NCBI GenBank assembly: GCA_023459875.1 | Contig: JAEWRY010000028.1 | Span: 1-64,000 of the forward strand | Direction of reading: 5' to 3' | From: Bacillota bacterium | GTDB taxonomy: Bacteria; Bacillota; Clostridia; Oscillospirales; Oscillospiraceae | Length of the DNA stretch: 64,000 nucleotides | Shown here: positions 7,109 to 16,110 of the stretch, piece after piece | Layout: each line of letters opens with the position of its first letter | Position numbering within the stretch: position 1 is the stretch's first letter | The notes under the pieces: model-generated | Seen by the model: the letters and a program-made list of their open reading frames with translations, nothing else | What the model was told of the DNA's origin: nothing | Database searches by the model: none | Program-made: the position numbers and the translations under genes

Positions 7109-8278
7109 TCAGAAGCCGATGGCGCTCCGGGTAAGCCGGTCCCGGCACCGCAGGCTTCCCTCCAGCTCCCGCTGGGTGAGGGTGACGCAGCCGCCGCCCT
7201 TCACATGGCTGAGGTACCCGGCGCTCACCATGTCTTCAATGAGGGTCTGGTAGGGCCTCACGCTGCGCACCCCCTGGCGGTAGAGCCGGTCGGTGAGCTG
7301 CTCCACCACGCCGGGGGCAAAGGAGACGGCCGAGCCGCAGCCGAAGCGGGCCATGGCCTCGGGAATGGTGTGGCGGCGCAGGATCTGGGAAATCTGCTCC
7401 CGGTCGCAGGCTGGGAAGCTGATGACGTCGCACCGGTCCAGGAGAGGCTCGCTCACGCAGTTCAGGTCGTTGGCCGTAAGCACCTTGGGACAGTAAAGGG
7501 CGTTAATGGGAAAGCCCAGGAAGTGATCGGTAAAGCCCAAGGCCGATTCGTCGGTGAGATCGAGAAGATCGTTTTGCAGGTCTCCACCCATAGGGGTGCG
7601 CTCCGGAATTTTATCCACCTCGTCAAAGAGCAGCTCCGGACTGCCGCAGCGGGTGAGGCACATGCCCTCCGCCACCGCGCCGGGTCCCGAGTTTACCACC
7701 GAATTGGGCTCTCCCCCCAGGCCGCGCCCCCGGGCGGCCCTGGGGGCGTTAATGTAGTGGCAGGGAAGTCCCAGCATAAGCGCGAAGGTCCTGGCCGCCC
7801 TGGTTTTGCCGCAGCCCGGAATCCCCGTGAGCAGAATGGGACGGGTCATGCCCGTGCAGGCGTGTTCGGCCGCGTGGAGCAGCAGCTTGTCATAGACCTC
7901 GTCCAGCCCGCACATTTCCCGTTCCCAGACAGAGCGGCAGTACTCGACGAAAGCGCCGTCGGCGGGTCCCGTTTCTGCGGCCCACTGGGGCAAGTCCCGG
8001 ATGGCGGCTACCCACCTGCGCAGATGGCCGCTGCCGCTGCGCAGAGCCGCGCGGTACTGCTCCTCCACCATGGGGGGCATTTCATAGATTTTCCGACCGC
8101 CGGGCTTTTTCCCGCCGTTTTGGGGCAGGGGACGAAGGGGAGAAAGCCGCGGCTCAATTTCCTCGTCCTCTATTTCGTCTTCTTCCCCCTCGGGGATCAG
8201 CAGCTCAAGGAGCTGCCGGAGCGATAATTTTCCGAGCATTCTCAGAACCTCCTCCTTGCGCGCGTCTTCTCGCTGCAT
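7109..8278 (-). CDS. AAA+ ATPase with an acidic N-terminal region.
   Basis: Walker A ILLTGIPGCGKT and Walker B LLFDEVDK. AGGAGGTG RBS, spacing 5. Confidence 0.8.
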   Translation of the reverse strand: MQREDARKEEVLRMLGKLSLRQLLELLIPEGEEDEIEDEEIEPRLSPLRPLPQNGGKKPGGRKIYEMPPMVEEQYRAALRSGSGHLRRWVAAIRDLPQWAAETGPADGAFVEYCRSVWEREMCGLDEVYDKLLLHAAEHACTGMTRPILLTGIPGCGKTRAARTFALMLGLPCHYINAPRAARGRGLGGEPNSVVNSGPGAVAEGMCLTRCGSPELLFDEVDKIPERTPMGGDLQNDLLDLTDESALGFTDHFLGFPINALYCPKVLTANDLNCVSEPLLDRCDVISFPACDREQISQILRRHTIPEAMARFGCGSAVSFAPGVVEQLTDRLYRQGVRSVRPYQTLIEDMVSAGYLSHVKGGGCVTLTQRELEGSLRCRDRLTRSAIGF

Positions 8279-8310
8279 AGCCGCACCTCCTATGGGGATT
8301 CCGGCGAATA

Positions 8311-9108
8311 TCAGACCGCCGCATCCCCGTTTTTCCTTTCGGACAAAGCCTTTCCGCCGTCTTCTCCCCAGGGTTCCTCGGTGGCATTCTCCCCGCCCTC
8401 AACAAGACGAACCGGCCCGGCGAATCGTTCGGCGGCAAGCCTGGCCAGAAGCCGTCTGGCGCGGTCAAAGCCGTCGCTCCCGTCCGGCTCGGTCTCGCAC
8501 TCGGCTATTGAGATTGCTTCGGCCTGAGGTTCCTCGTCGGCGGGAAAACCGTCATCACCGTCTTCCTCCTCAGCCTCTTCCAAAAGGGCCATTTTCTCCT
8601 CGTACTCGTGCTCCCGGTTCATCCGCCTGATCTCCGCCCTGATTTCCGCGACGCTTTTGGGCTTGCAGGGGGGCTCGCCGTGGGTGACGCGCTCCAGATT
8701 TTCAAAGTGGATTATGAGATGCATGACCATGCGGGATTCCAGCTCGCTGAAGTTTTCAGCCGAAATTGGGCCTCCCGAGAGGCTCTGGGCGTAATAGAGA
8801 TAGACGCGGCCGGTCTCCGAGCGCAGGAACTTGAAAATCATGTTCGCGTCGTTGATGGGGGAGACGTAAGCGTCGAAGGCGCGCTGGTAGCACTTATCGC
8901 AGGTGATGCCGGGGGCGATCTCGATCATCGCCACCCGGGCGCGTTGGTTCACGATGAACTTAATATAATAGGTATGGCCATAGGAAATGGTCTCCACCAA
9001 AAATCCGTCCCGCTCGGCGAAAAGCTCACCCTTGCAGTTGTAAGCACTGTGCGAAACGTATTCCTTCAGACCGGTTAGGGTTTCCATAGCGTAGCTGCGT
9101 TCGTTCAT
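8311..9108 (-). CDS. Hypothetical protein: possibly YbjN/T3SS-chaperone-like N-terminal domain, highly acidic C-terminal tail.
   Basis: GAAGGAGACG RBS, spacing 6. First gene after promoter copy A. N-terminal ~150 aa globular, C-terminal ~100 aa rich in E/D. The YbjN-like assignment is a weak inference. Confidence 0.45.
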   Translation of the reverse strand: MNERSYAMETLTGLKEYVSHSAYNCKGELFAERDGFLVETISYGHTYYIKFIVNQRARVAMIEIAPGITCDKCYQRAFDAYVSPINDANMIFKFLRSETGRVYLYYAQSLSGGPISAENFSELESRMVMHLIIHFENLERVTHGEPPCKPKSVAEIRAEIRRMNREHEYEEKMALLEEAEEEDGDDGFPADEEPQAEAISIAECETEPDGSDGFDRARRLLARLAAERFAGPVRLVEGGENATEEPWGEDGGKALSERKNGDAAV

Positions 9109-9148
9109 GACGATCGTCTCCTTCTATTCATTTTGCGCGGTTGTTCTT

Positions 9149-9192
9149 CCTGACGATAAGAATACGCCGCGGTATCTCTAAAATCTTCAAGG
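9149..9192 (-). promoter_or_regulatory. Promoter-motif copy A upstream of the 265-aa/AAA+/phosphatase block.
   Basis: Minus strand reads TTGAAGA-ttt-TAGAGA-taccgcggcg-TATTCT-t-ATCGTCAGG, ~40 nt before the RBS. Confidence 0.55.
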
Positions 9193-9231
9193 CAAAAAAA
9201 TCCGCGGTACGATGAAAATCGTACCGCGGAT
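9193..9231 (-). terminator. Intrinsic terminator after the 511-aa gene.
   Basis: Perfect 14-bp stem ATCCGCGGTACGAT / ATCGTACCGCGGAT with a GAAA loop, followed on the minus strand by TTTTTTT. Confidence 0.75.
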
Positions 9232-9247
9232 GAGATTTAATATAAAC

Positions 9248-10783
9248 TTATAGAAAGTCCCGGTGCCAGGCGCCGTCGGAGAGCTTCAGGCAGGGGAAGG
9301 AGATGCCCTCGTCGGCGATGCGCTCCACGAAGGCCTCCAAAAAGCAACCTTTTCCCTCCCGGCCCGGGCAGTCCAGCAGGGCAGACATCAATGCGTCGTC
9401 AGCGTTGTGTGGATCGAGGGGGGAGAAGCCCGCGCGGATGAGCATTCCGTCCAGCCGGGCAGCCGAGAGGCCCTCTCCCTGGGGGGAGGGATCGGCCAGG
9501 AAGACCAGCATCCTCACAAGAACGGGCCGGGAAATGGGGAGAAAACCGCTCACCAGCTGCTGGATTTTGTCCCGGCTGAAGCCCCGGGCAGAAAAACCCA
9601 GCGCGCCGTCCCCCGACGAACCATCTTCACCGCCACGTCCGGGTTTTCCTCGGCCTTGCGGGGCCTCAAAGACGCCGCACAGGAAGAATTCCAGCGCATC
9701 CTCTCGGATGCCGCTGTAGGTGAGCCGGAGCAGGTCGATATGTGCCGGCGTGAGGGCGGCTGTCCTGTCCCGGTACTGGGAAAGAGCCCCCAGGGTGAGA
9801 TACTCCGTCGGTTGAGGGCCGCGGAAAAGGGCAAGCCCCTCCGACAGGGCTTCCGGCGGGGCTTCGTCCGGCTTTCCAAAGACCCAAAGGGGGGCAAGAA
9901 GGTCGGAGATAAGACTCCGGTCGTAATCAGCGGGCCGGTTCAGCAGTCCGTCCCGCCGGGAAAGAGCCTTGTCCCGCCGGGAGAGAAAACCGGAAATCTG
10001 CCGGTCGACCTCTCGGAGAAGGGCGCGGCACAGGTAGATCCTCGCCCGCTCCCTGGCACCCGAGAAGTAGAGCGCCGCTTCTTTGCTCTCCAGGTACGCC
10101 CGAAAGACCTCCGGAGAGCCCCGGAGGCGGCTCACCGTGTCGTGGGCGTCACTGGTGAGGTCCAGGGTGATCTCCGGTGTGCCGGGCTGTCTGCTTTCGG
10201 TTACGAAACGGCGCAGCTGCCAGAGATATTCGATCATGCCGCCGGAAACGCCGGGCCTGTATCCGTCGCAGACCGGCTTCAGCTCCGACTGCCAGCGGAA
10301 GAGGTCCATGCCGTTATTGAGGGCGAAGATGACGCTGGCATCCTCCACCGAGCGGGCGTAGAGCCGGTCGTACCCCGTAAAGCGCAGCAGCTCGTTGGCT
10401 CCCTTCTCGTCCCGCCCCAGAGCGAAGGCCAGGGCGATGACCGCCCGCCGCTCCGAGGCGCAGTCCAGCCCCGCCTGATCGGCGAGGACCCCGCGTTCCA
10501 AGCTGCGCTCCAGGTAGCGGGCCGCCCGCTCCCGGCCACTCCCCTGGGAGAGCGTGTCCCCCACGTAGGCGGATACCATTTCGGCGTACCGCTCGTCCCG
10601 GGTCCAGTTGCACAGGAGCTTGGTTAGCTTCTTGCGGCGGCGGGAGTTCATATTCTCGGGCTTGGTGAGGTTCAGGGGACGGCAGAGATCGGGATCCAGG
10701 CTGTACCAGTACTCCTGCTTGTCGAAGAAACGGCTTATGTAGCGGTCGGCGAAGCCGGCGCCGGAAAGTTGGGGCTCGGGCAT
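9248..10783 (-). CDS. Hypothetical protein, 511 aa, no recognisable domain.
   Basis: ORF 9248..11077 trimmed to the ATG at 10783 with AAGGAGG RBS (spacing 6), 13 nt after the stop of the giant kinase-NACHT gene. Followed by an intrinsic terminator. Confidence 0.6.
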   Translation of the reverse strand: MPEPQLSGAGFADRYISRFFDKQEYWYSLDPDLCRPLNLTKPENMNSRRRKKLTKLLCNWTRDERYAEMVSAYVGDTLSQGSGRERAARYLERSLERGVLADQAGLDCASERRAVIALAFALGRDEKGANELLRFTGYDRLYARSVEDASVIFALNNGMDLFRWQSELKPVCDGYRPGVSGGMIEYLWQLRRFVTESRQPGTPEITLDLTSDAHDTVSRLRGSPEVFRAYLESKEAALYFSGARERARIYLCRALLREVDRQISGFLSRRDKALSRRDGLLNRPADYDRSLISDLLAPLWVFGKPDEAPPEALSEGLALFRGPQPTEYLTLGALSQYRDRTAALTPAHIDLLRLTYSGIREDALEFFLCGVFEAPQGRGKPGRGGEDGSSGDGALGFSARGFSRDKIQQLVSGFLPISRPVLVRMLVFLADPSPQGEGLSAARLDGMLIRAGFSPLDPHNADDALMSALLDCPGREGKGCFLEAFVERIADEGISFPCLKLSDGAWHRDFL

Positions 10784-10796
10784 AAAAGGCCTCCTT

Positions 10797-13700
10797 TCAG
10801 TCTCCGAACACGGCGCCGCAGCGGCGGAAAAATTCCAGGTCCCACGGGGTGGGCTCGGGCATGATGCCGCGCATGGAAGCGCCCGACACCTCCAGGCGCT
10901 CCATTTGCGCCAGGGGCGAAGCGTCCACAAAGACCGCGGCGGAAGGGGATGGGGAGCCCAGTCGCCGGAGCGCGAAGGCCTTTTTGGAACGTTTCTCCGT
11001 CTTGCGATAGTACTGCGCGTGTTCGGAAGCAGTTGTTTGTGGGTCGGAGAGATCGATGGGGGAATCGAGCAGCACAATGGTGCGGTTGTTTATCTGCCGC
11101 AGGTCGGCGACGGCCATGGCGTCGTACCGCTCCAGCACCTGTCCGTCAGACAGGCTAACCTCCAGGGTGAGCCAGGCGTCGAAGAAGGAGAGCAAAACGG
11201 TATCTCCGCTCAGAAGGAAGACTCGAAGGCTGCTCCCCCTTCTGTTTCTTGGGCATTTGAGCTGTCCTATTTTGAGAAGGCGCGGATCAGTAGCAACCCG
11301 GGCGGCAAGGAGGGGGGCGGTGTCCACGGGAACGGCTGTGCCGGCGCTCAGGGCAATGCGGCAGAGACCCGCTCTGGCGGGAAGTTCCTCTCCGCTTGTC
11401 AGTCTTCTAGCGAAATTATAAATAAAGGAGCAGGCGGTGTCTCCCAGAAAACCCAGATCGGCCTCGGCCAGGAGGAGCTTCTTTTTGCTGCCCTTTTCGG
11501 AGCTTCCCGCGTCGGGGAACGGATCGAACCGGCACAGGGGAATTCCCGGCTCCCCCGGAGTTCCCCGCGTCACCACGGCGGTATCCGGGTCGGGAAGGCT
11601 TAGGGTGAGCAGAACGCCGTCCCCGGTGAGAACGGCGGGCCAGCCGCCGTAGAGCCTCCGGTTGACCTGCGCAGCGTCTTGCCCCGCGAGATCGGTGAGA
11701 TATTCCATGCCGGGAAAGTCCACGCCAAAGATCAGGTTGTTTTCCAGGCGCCGTCCAGGGCCGATCCAGTGCTTCAGCGTGCCCAGCACCTTACCGACGG
11801 CGGTCGGCGCGTCGATGGCGGCGGACTCTTCCAAACACCAGATTCTTCCGTCCGCCGTCACGGGGCGCGCCTGACCTACCTCATCCAGAAACAACATCTG
11901 CACCCGGTGGCTGCGGAAGACGATCTGTGAAGTGAGAAGTCCGCTTTTTGTGCTGTATTCTTCCAGACCGTCCGCGCTGAGCATGGCAATGCGGTCGGCG
12001 CTGCGGGAATAGACCGCGCCCAGATAACCGCTTGCCTTCCTGCCTAACTGCCGGGGCTGCCCCCCGGCGGCATTTCCGCCCGCCGTCAGCTCACGAAAGC
12101 TGGAGCCCAGACGCTGGAGGACATAGCCGGGGCGGGAGGTCTTACCGCTTTTGAACTCCTCCAGTTGGGTGTAGTGGGAATGGTCTTTCGTTAATTCCAG
12201 ACGGGCGGAGAGGCTGCCGTCCTCCTCCTGAACGAGATAATACTGAAGAATCCTCATCTGTCTATGCTCACCCTCAAGCTGGACTCCCAGCCGTCCCTCC
12301 GGCTGGGGGACGGCACAGGTGAGCCGGAACCCTTGGGCGGTCTCTCCGTCGGGCGGACAAAACTCCAGGAGGCCTTCCCCCGTGCCCGCGTTTATGATGC
12401 ACACCGTGTTGTCCGAGAGGATCACCGCCAGCCATCCCTGCTCAGGCAGGAGAATGAAATGTACCAGCGCCGCGTCGCCGTGGGTTTCGGGCGAGACCGC
12501 CAGGCTGAACACAAGGCCCTCCTCCCACAAATCGAGACAGAAAAGGGTTTTCGTGTACGCCAGATAGAGAAAACGGCCGGAGGGCCCGTATTCCATTCTG
12601 CGATAACCGGAGTCGCCGGGCAGATCAAGTTCCCGCAAGTCGTCCAGCATCAGGAAGGCTCCGTCCAGTCTGGCACCGGATAGGGGCGCCGTGCGCAGCC
12701 GCGCCCGGGAGAGGTCCAGGCGGGACAGGTCTTCGCCCGCCAGGGTGCCGCGGCGGAGCAGCAGGGCCTCCGTCAGGTTGGCCGCCGCCGTGGCGAAACT
12801 GCCCCCCATGGCTCCCGCGTATTCCACGGCGTTAAAAAGGGTGAGTCGGGTGTGCTCCTTCCTATCCCCCAGGGTAAAACGCAGGGTTAAATTCTGCGCG
12901 GACAATACGGGCAGTAATGGAAAGACTGTTGAATCCGGAATTTCAAACGGAAGGTCGTCGGTCTCCAGGAGTTCGTCCAGATCATCCGCCGTCAGAGGCC
13001 TCTTACGATTAAGCGACATGTTGATGATCCAGATGAGATTGGAAAAGTTGATCCAATTCTCGCTTAAAAGTTCCAGGGCCTCGTTGCCGTAGCCAGCGAG
13101 GCTTTGACTGTTGATGGGATCGAAGAACCCACGAAGGCTCTCCAGCGCCCCGCGCAGAGACGCGCAGTCCTCCCCACACAGCTCTCCCAGCCGCAGGCAG
13201 ACCGCCCGGCTCAGGTGATAGCGGCCCAGTTCGCTTTTAAGGCTCTCCGGGCCGGAGTGGCGCAGGAGGGATTGGAGCAGCCCGTCGGCGCAGAAAATTT
13301 CCCGCATGCTGTCATGGGCCAAGGAATACCACCGGTCCTCCAGGCGCAAAAGGCCGGTGCCGAGCAGCATGTTCAGAACCCGGCCGTTGCGGAGGGAGGT
13401 CAGGCGCAGGTCGCCGTAAGGGTCGGCACTTTTTTGCCATTGAGGGTCGAGCAGCTGCTGTAATTCTTCCTTACTGTCGAAATATCCGAAGTCCAGGAGC
13501 ATTTTCTCCGCCGGGCGGAGCAGGCCGTCGGGGCTGTCCGCCAGCAGCAGGGATTCGACAGTTCTTACCCGGGCGATGTCTTTGTCGAAGGAGGCCAGCG
13601 AGCGCTCCTCCTCCCTGTCCTCTCCAAAGGCGGGATAGCCGTATTCCCGCAGCTCCATGGCGCTCTCCGGGAGGGTCATACGGTGGAAAAAGAAGTTGAG

Positions 13701-15797
13701 GATGCTTTCGATCCCGTTGCGGCTGATGCCGAACCAGAATTCGTCGGTGCACAGCTGGCAGGCCAGGTAGGGCAAAAATTCCCGCACCAGCAGGCAGTAC
13801 GCGCCGAAGCTGCCGCCGCTGCGGTTATCCCAGAGCTTGGAGAGCACATATTCCCGGTAGTTGAGCATGATCTGGGAAGCCGTGCGGGCGGAGGGAAGGA
13901 ACCGGAAGCGCGGGTCGCGCAGAAGGGAGCGGTCGATGACTGCCCGTTCGCTCAGGGCGTACATCTTGAGAAGCATGGGAGATTCCAGCACCTGGCGCAG
14001 GCTGTCGCCCTCGGGAACCGGCGGTAAGCCCGAAGCGGAAAGGTAGCCGTCGATCTGGCCTGTGTCCAGGGCCGCGAGCTCGGCAAGGCCAAGCCCCAAG
14101 CCCATAAAGTTCGTCTGCCGCATGTCCGACTGGGCCGAGAGCACGACCCTGATGCCGGGCAGAGCCATGAGTCGCGAAAGCTCCGATACCAGCGCTCCGA
14201 AGTCCTCCTCTCCCGCCGCCTCGTTGAGGCCGTCCGCCAGGAGGAGAAAGCCCGGAGCGTCCCCGGCAGTCTCCCGGAAGCAGTTTAGAAAGGGCAGCTC
14301 GGCGTCATCCTCGTCCAGACGCCCGGCGTAGCGGGAGAGGATGTAGTCCCGGACAAAGTTAGCCTTATCCCCTGCGTCCCTAAAAGCACGAAGAGGCACA
14401 TAGAGGGGTACCGGAGCGTCGGGCCGGTAACATTCCGTCAGAGTCACGGCGGCGTGGAGCAGGGCGAAAGTCTTGCCCCGCATGCCGGAGCCCTGGAGAA
14501 ACAGATGGCCCCGGGTACTGTCAAGCAGGGCAAAAAGGTTCTCTTCCGCCGGGGAGGAGGCGCTCTCCTCCGGAACCAGCCGGCAGCGGGCAAGAAGGGC
14601 TTCCTGCGGCGTTTCCGGCAGCGCCCGGGCAAAGCGCCGGGCGCCTGTAAAAAGCACCTCCCGGCAGACGCCCCGGTTTTCGATCACCCGGCGCAGACGG
14701 TCGAGACCCCGGGTGAGGGCGGCGAGGGTGAGGCGGCTCTCCGCCGGGCGCTCCAGCGCCGGACGGAGAAGTTCTTCTTTGAGAAGGCTCCGGGCCGACT
14801 CGGGGATAGCGTCGAGAGCGGGGGAGGAGAGCTCCAGCTCGTCGCAGTCGTAAGGCTGGCCGGTGACCATTTCAAAGAGGATGGCGGCAATGGAATAGAC
14901 GTCGGTCTCGGGCCGCAGGAGCCGCAGGGCCTCTCCGGGGTCGGGGTGGTTCACCTGCCGTCCAAGCTCGGGCGCGGCGTAGTGAAGGGTGGAGGTGAGC
15001 CTGGGCAGGATGGCGAGGCGGAGGCGGCGGTCCTCTTCGCCCTTTCCCAGCGGGAAGGCGCTGCCCAGGTCCAGCATCCGGAAGACCCGCCGTCCCTCGT
15101 CTCCGTCCAGCTCCAGGCGGGTGCAGTAGATGTTGTCGGGTTTTATATCCAAATGAAGATAGGGGGCGGGGCTGCCGTCCCGTCCCAGATGGCCGTGGAG
15201 CTGGGCGGCGGCTTCGGCGATCCGCCGGGTCCAGGCGAGGGCGGTCAGCGCGCCCTGCTCCCGGTCGTCGTGGAGCTTCCGGCGCCGCAGCAGGTCGGAG
15301 AGGGGCTCGCCCCCCGTGGTGTCGCACAGGAGAAAGGCACCGTACCTGGGCGCGCCAGCTCCCAGCCACTCCGGGCCGTCGCAGCCCTCGCGGATGAGAG
15401 AGGCATAATCCTCCAGCTCGGTGAGGGCGGCGTAGTAGAAATAATCGTTATTGCTCCTTTCCCCGTACAGGGCGCACAGCTCCCCGCACACCGCCGCCTC
15501 CCGCCGGAAGAGCAAGGCCGACTGAAGAAACCGGCGGCGCTCCTCCGCAGAGGCATCCTCCAGCACCATGACGCCCTCCGGAGTGACGCGCAGCTTTTCC
15601 CGCAGAGAAGCGGGGCAGAAGAGTTTGAGGGCGAACACCCGCGCCTCTCCCTGCCGCGCCGCCTTGAAACAAAGAGAGCTGCCTCCTGAAGACAGCCGTT
15701 CCAGCAGCCGGAAGCCTCCCAGAGCGAAAAAAGAATCCATATCCAAGACAAGCCGCCTCCTTCCGACAGAGTATTTAAATATTCTAAATAATAACAT
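10797..15797 (-). CDS. Giant STAND protein: eukaryotic-like Ser/Thr kinase, then NACHT NTPase, helical/pentapeptide repeats and a WD40-like beta-propeller. The true start is probably the internal ATG at 15740.
   Basis: Kinase: G-loop LSSGGSSLCFKA, VFALKL, catalytic HLDIKPDN (~15130-15160), DLGSA, YAAPE. NACHT: Walker A GSGMRGKT (~14466-14500) and Walker B FLLLADGLNE. Pentapeptide repeats: DLSRLDLSRARLRTAPLSGARLDGAF. C-terminus: WD40-like repeats. The first ATG at 15797 lies inside promoter copy D. ATG 15740 has a GGAAGGAGG RBS upstream, spacing ~15. Confidence 0.85.
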   Translation of the reverse strand: MLLFRIFKYSVGRRRLVLDMDSFFALGGFRLLERLSSGGSSLCFKAARQGEARVFALKLFCPASLREKLRVTPEGVMVLEDASAEERRRFLQSALLFRREAAVCGELCALYGERSNNDYFYYAALTELEDYASLIREGCDGPEWLGAGAPRYGAFLLCDTTGGEPLSDLLRRRKLHDDREQGALTALAWTRRIAEAAAQLHGHLGRDGSPAPYLHLDIKPDNIYCTRLELDGDEGRRVFRMLDLGSAFPLGKGEEDRRLRLAILPRLTSTLHYAAPELGRQVNHPDPGEALRLLRPETDVYSIAAILFEMVTGQPYDCDELELSSPALDAIPESARSLLKEELLRPALERPAESRLTLAALTRGLDRLRRVIENRGVCREVLFTGARRFARALPETPQEALLARCRLVPEESASSPAEENLFALLDSTRGHLFLQGSGMRGKTFALLHAAVTLTECYRPDAPVPLYVPLRAFRDAGDKANFVRDYILSRYAGRLDEDDAELPFLNCFRETAGDAPGFLLLADGLNEAAGEEDFGALVSELSRLMALPGIRVVLSAQSDMRQTNFMGLGLGLAELAALDTGQIDGYLSASGLPPVPEGDSLRQVLESPMLLKMYALSERAVIDRSLLRDPRFRFLPSARTASQIMLNYREYVLSKLWDNRSGGSFGAYCLLVREFLPYLACQLCTDEFWFGISRNGIESILNFFFHRMTLPESAMELREYGYPAFGEDREEERSLASFDKDIARVRTVESLLLADSPDGLLRPAEKMLLDFGYFDSKEELQQLLDPQWQKSADPYGDLRLTSLRNGRVLNMLLGTGLLRLEDRWYSLAHDSMREIFCADGLLQSLLRHSGPESLKSELGRYHLSRAVCLRLGELCGEDCASLRGALESLRGFFDPINSQSLAGYGNEALELLSENWINFSNLIWIINMSLNRKRPLTADDLDELLETDDLPFEIPDSTVFPLLPVLSAQNLTLRFTLGDRKEHTRLTLFNAVEYAGAMGGSFATAAANLTEALLLRRGTLAGEDLSRLDLSRARLRTAPLSGARLDGAFLMLDDLRELDLPGDSGYRRMEYGPSGRFLYLAYTKTLFCLDLWEEGLVFSLAVSPETHGDAALVHFILLPEQGWLAVILSDNTVCIINAGTGEGLLEFCPPDGETAQGFRLTCAVPQPEGRLGVQLEGEHRQMRILQYYLVQEEDGSLSARLELTKDHSHYTQLEEFKSGKTSRPGYVLQRLGSSFRELTAGGNAAGGQPRQLGRKASGYLGAVYSRSADRIAMLSADGLEEYSTKSGLLTSQIVFRSHRVQMLFLDEVGQARPVTADGRIWCLEESAAIDAPTAVGKVLGTLKHWIGPGRRLENNLIFGVDFPGMEYLTDLAGQDAAQVNRRLYGGWPAVLTGDGVLLTLSLPDPDTAVVTRGTPGEPGIPLCRFDPFPDAGSSEKGSKKKLLLAEADLGFLGDTACSFIYNFARRLTSGEELPARAGLCRIALSAGTAVPVDTAPLLAARVATDPRLLKIGQLKCPRNRRGSSLRVFLLSGDTVLLSFFDAWLTLEVSLSDGQVLERYDAMAVADLRQINNRTIVLLDSPIDLSDPQTTASEHAQYYRKTEKRSKKAFALRRLGSPSPSAAVFVDASPLAQMERLEVSGASMRGIMPEPTPWDLEFFRRCGAVFGD

Positions 15798-15819
15798 AGC
15801 TCTTCTCTAAATTCCACAG
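15788..15819 (-). promoter_or_regulatory. Promoter-motif copy D (divergent, weaker match) upstream of the kinase-NACHT gene.
   Basis: Minus strand reads GTGGAA-tt-TAGAGA-agagctatgt-TATTAT. Same TAGAGA-N10-TAnnnT core as copies A-C, with the upstream TTGAAGA-N3 half shifted by one base. Confidence 0.35.
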
Positions 15820-16110
15820 GAAGAGAAAAAGAAAATCCCCAGACCGAGCCGGAGCCGCTGAGCAGGTCAGGCAATTGCGGGTAAAAAGCGGCTTGCATTG
15901 TTACAGAAACAGATGCTTTAAGCCGCGCGGCGCAAAATCAATTGAAATCTTTCTTTAAAAATGTTAACATATCGTTGAAAAGCAAAAGCTTTTCCGTCGG
16001 ATAAAAAGGGGCGTTGCAAAGGTCCAGGCAATGATGAATGTAAAGGTAGGCGCGGGGCCGGCCTTGCCGGTTTACTATTTTTCCGCAGATGAAAGGAGTG
16101 CTAACACAGT

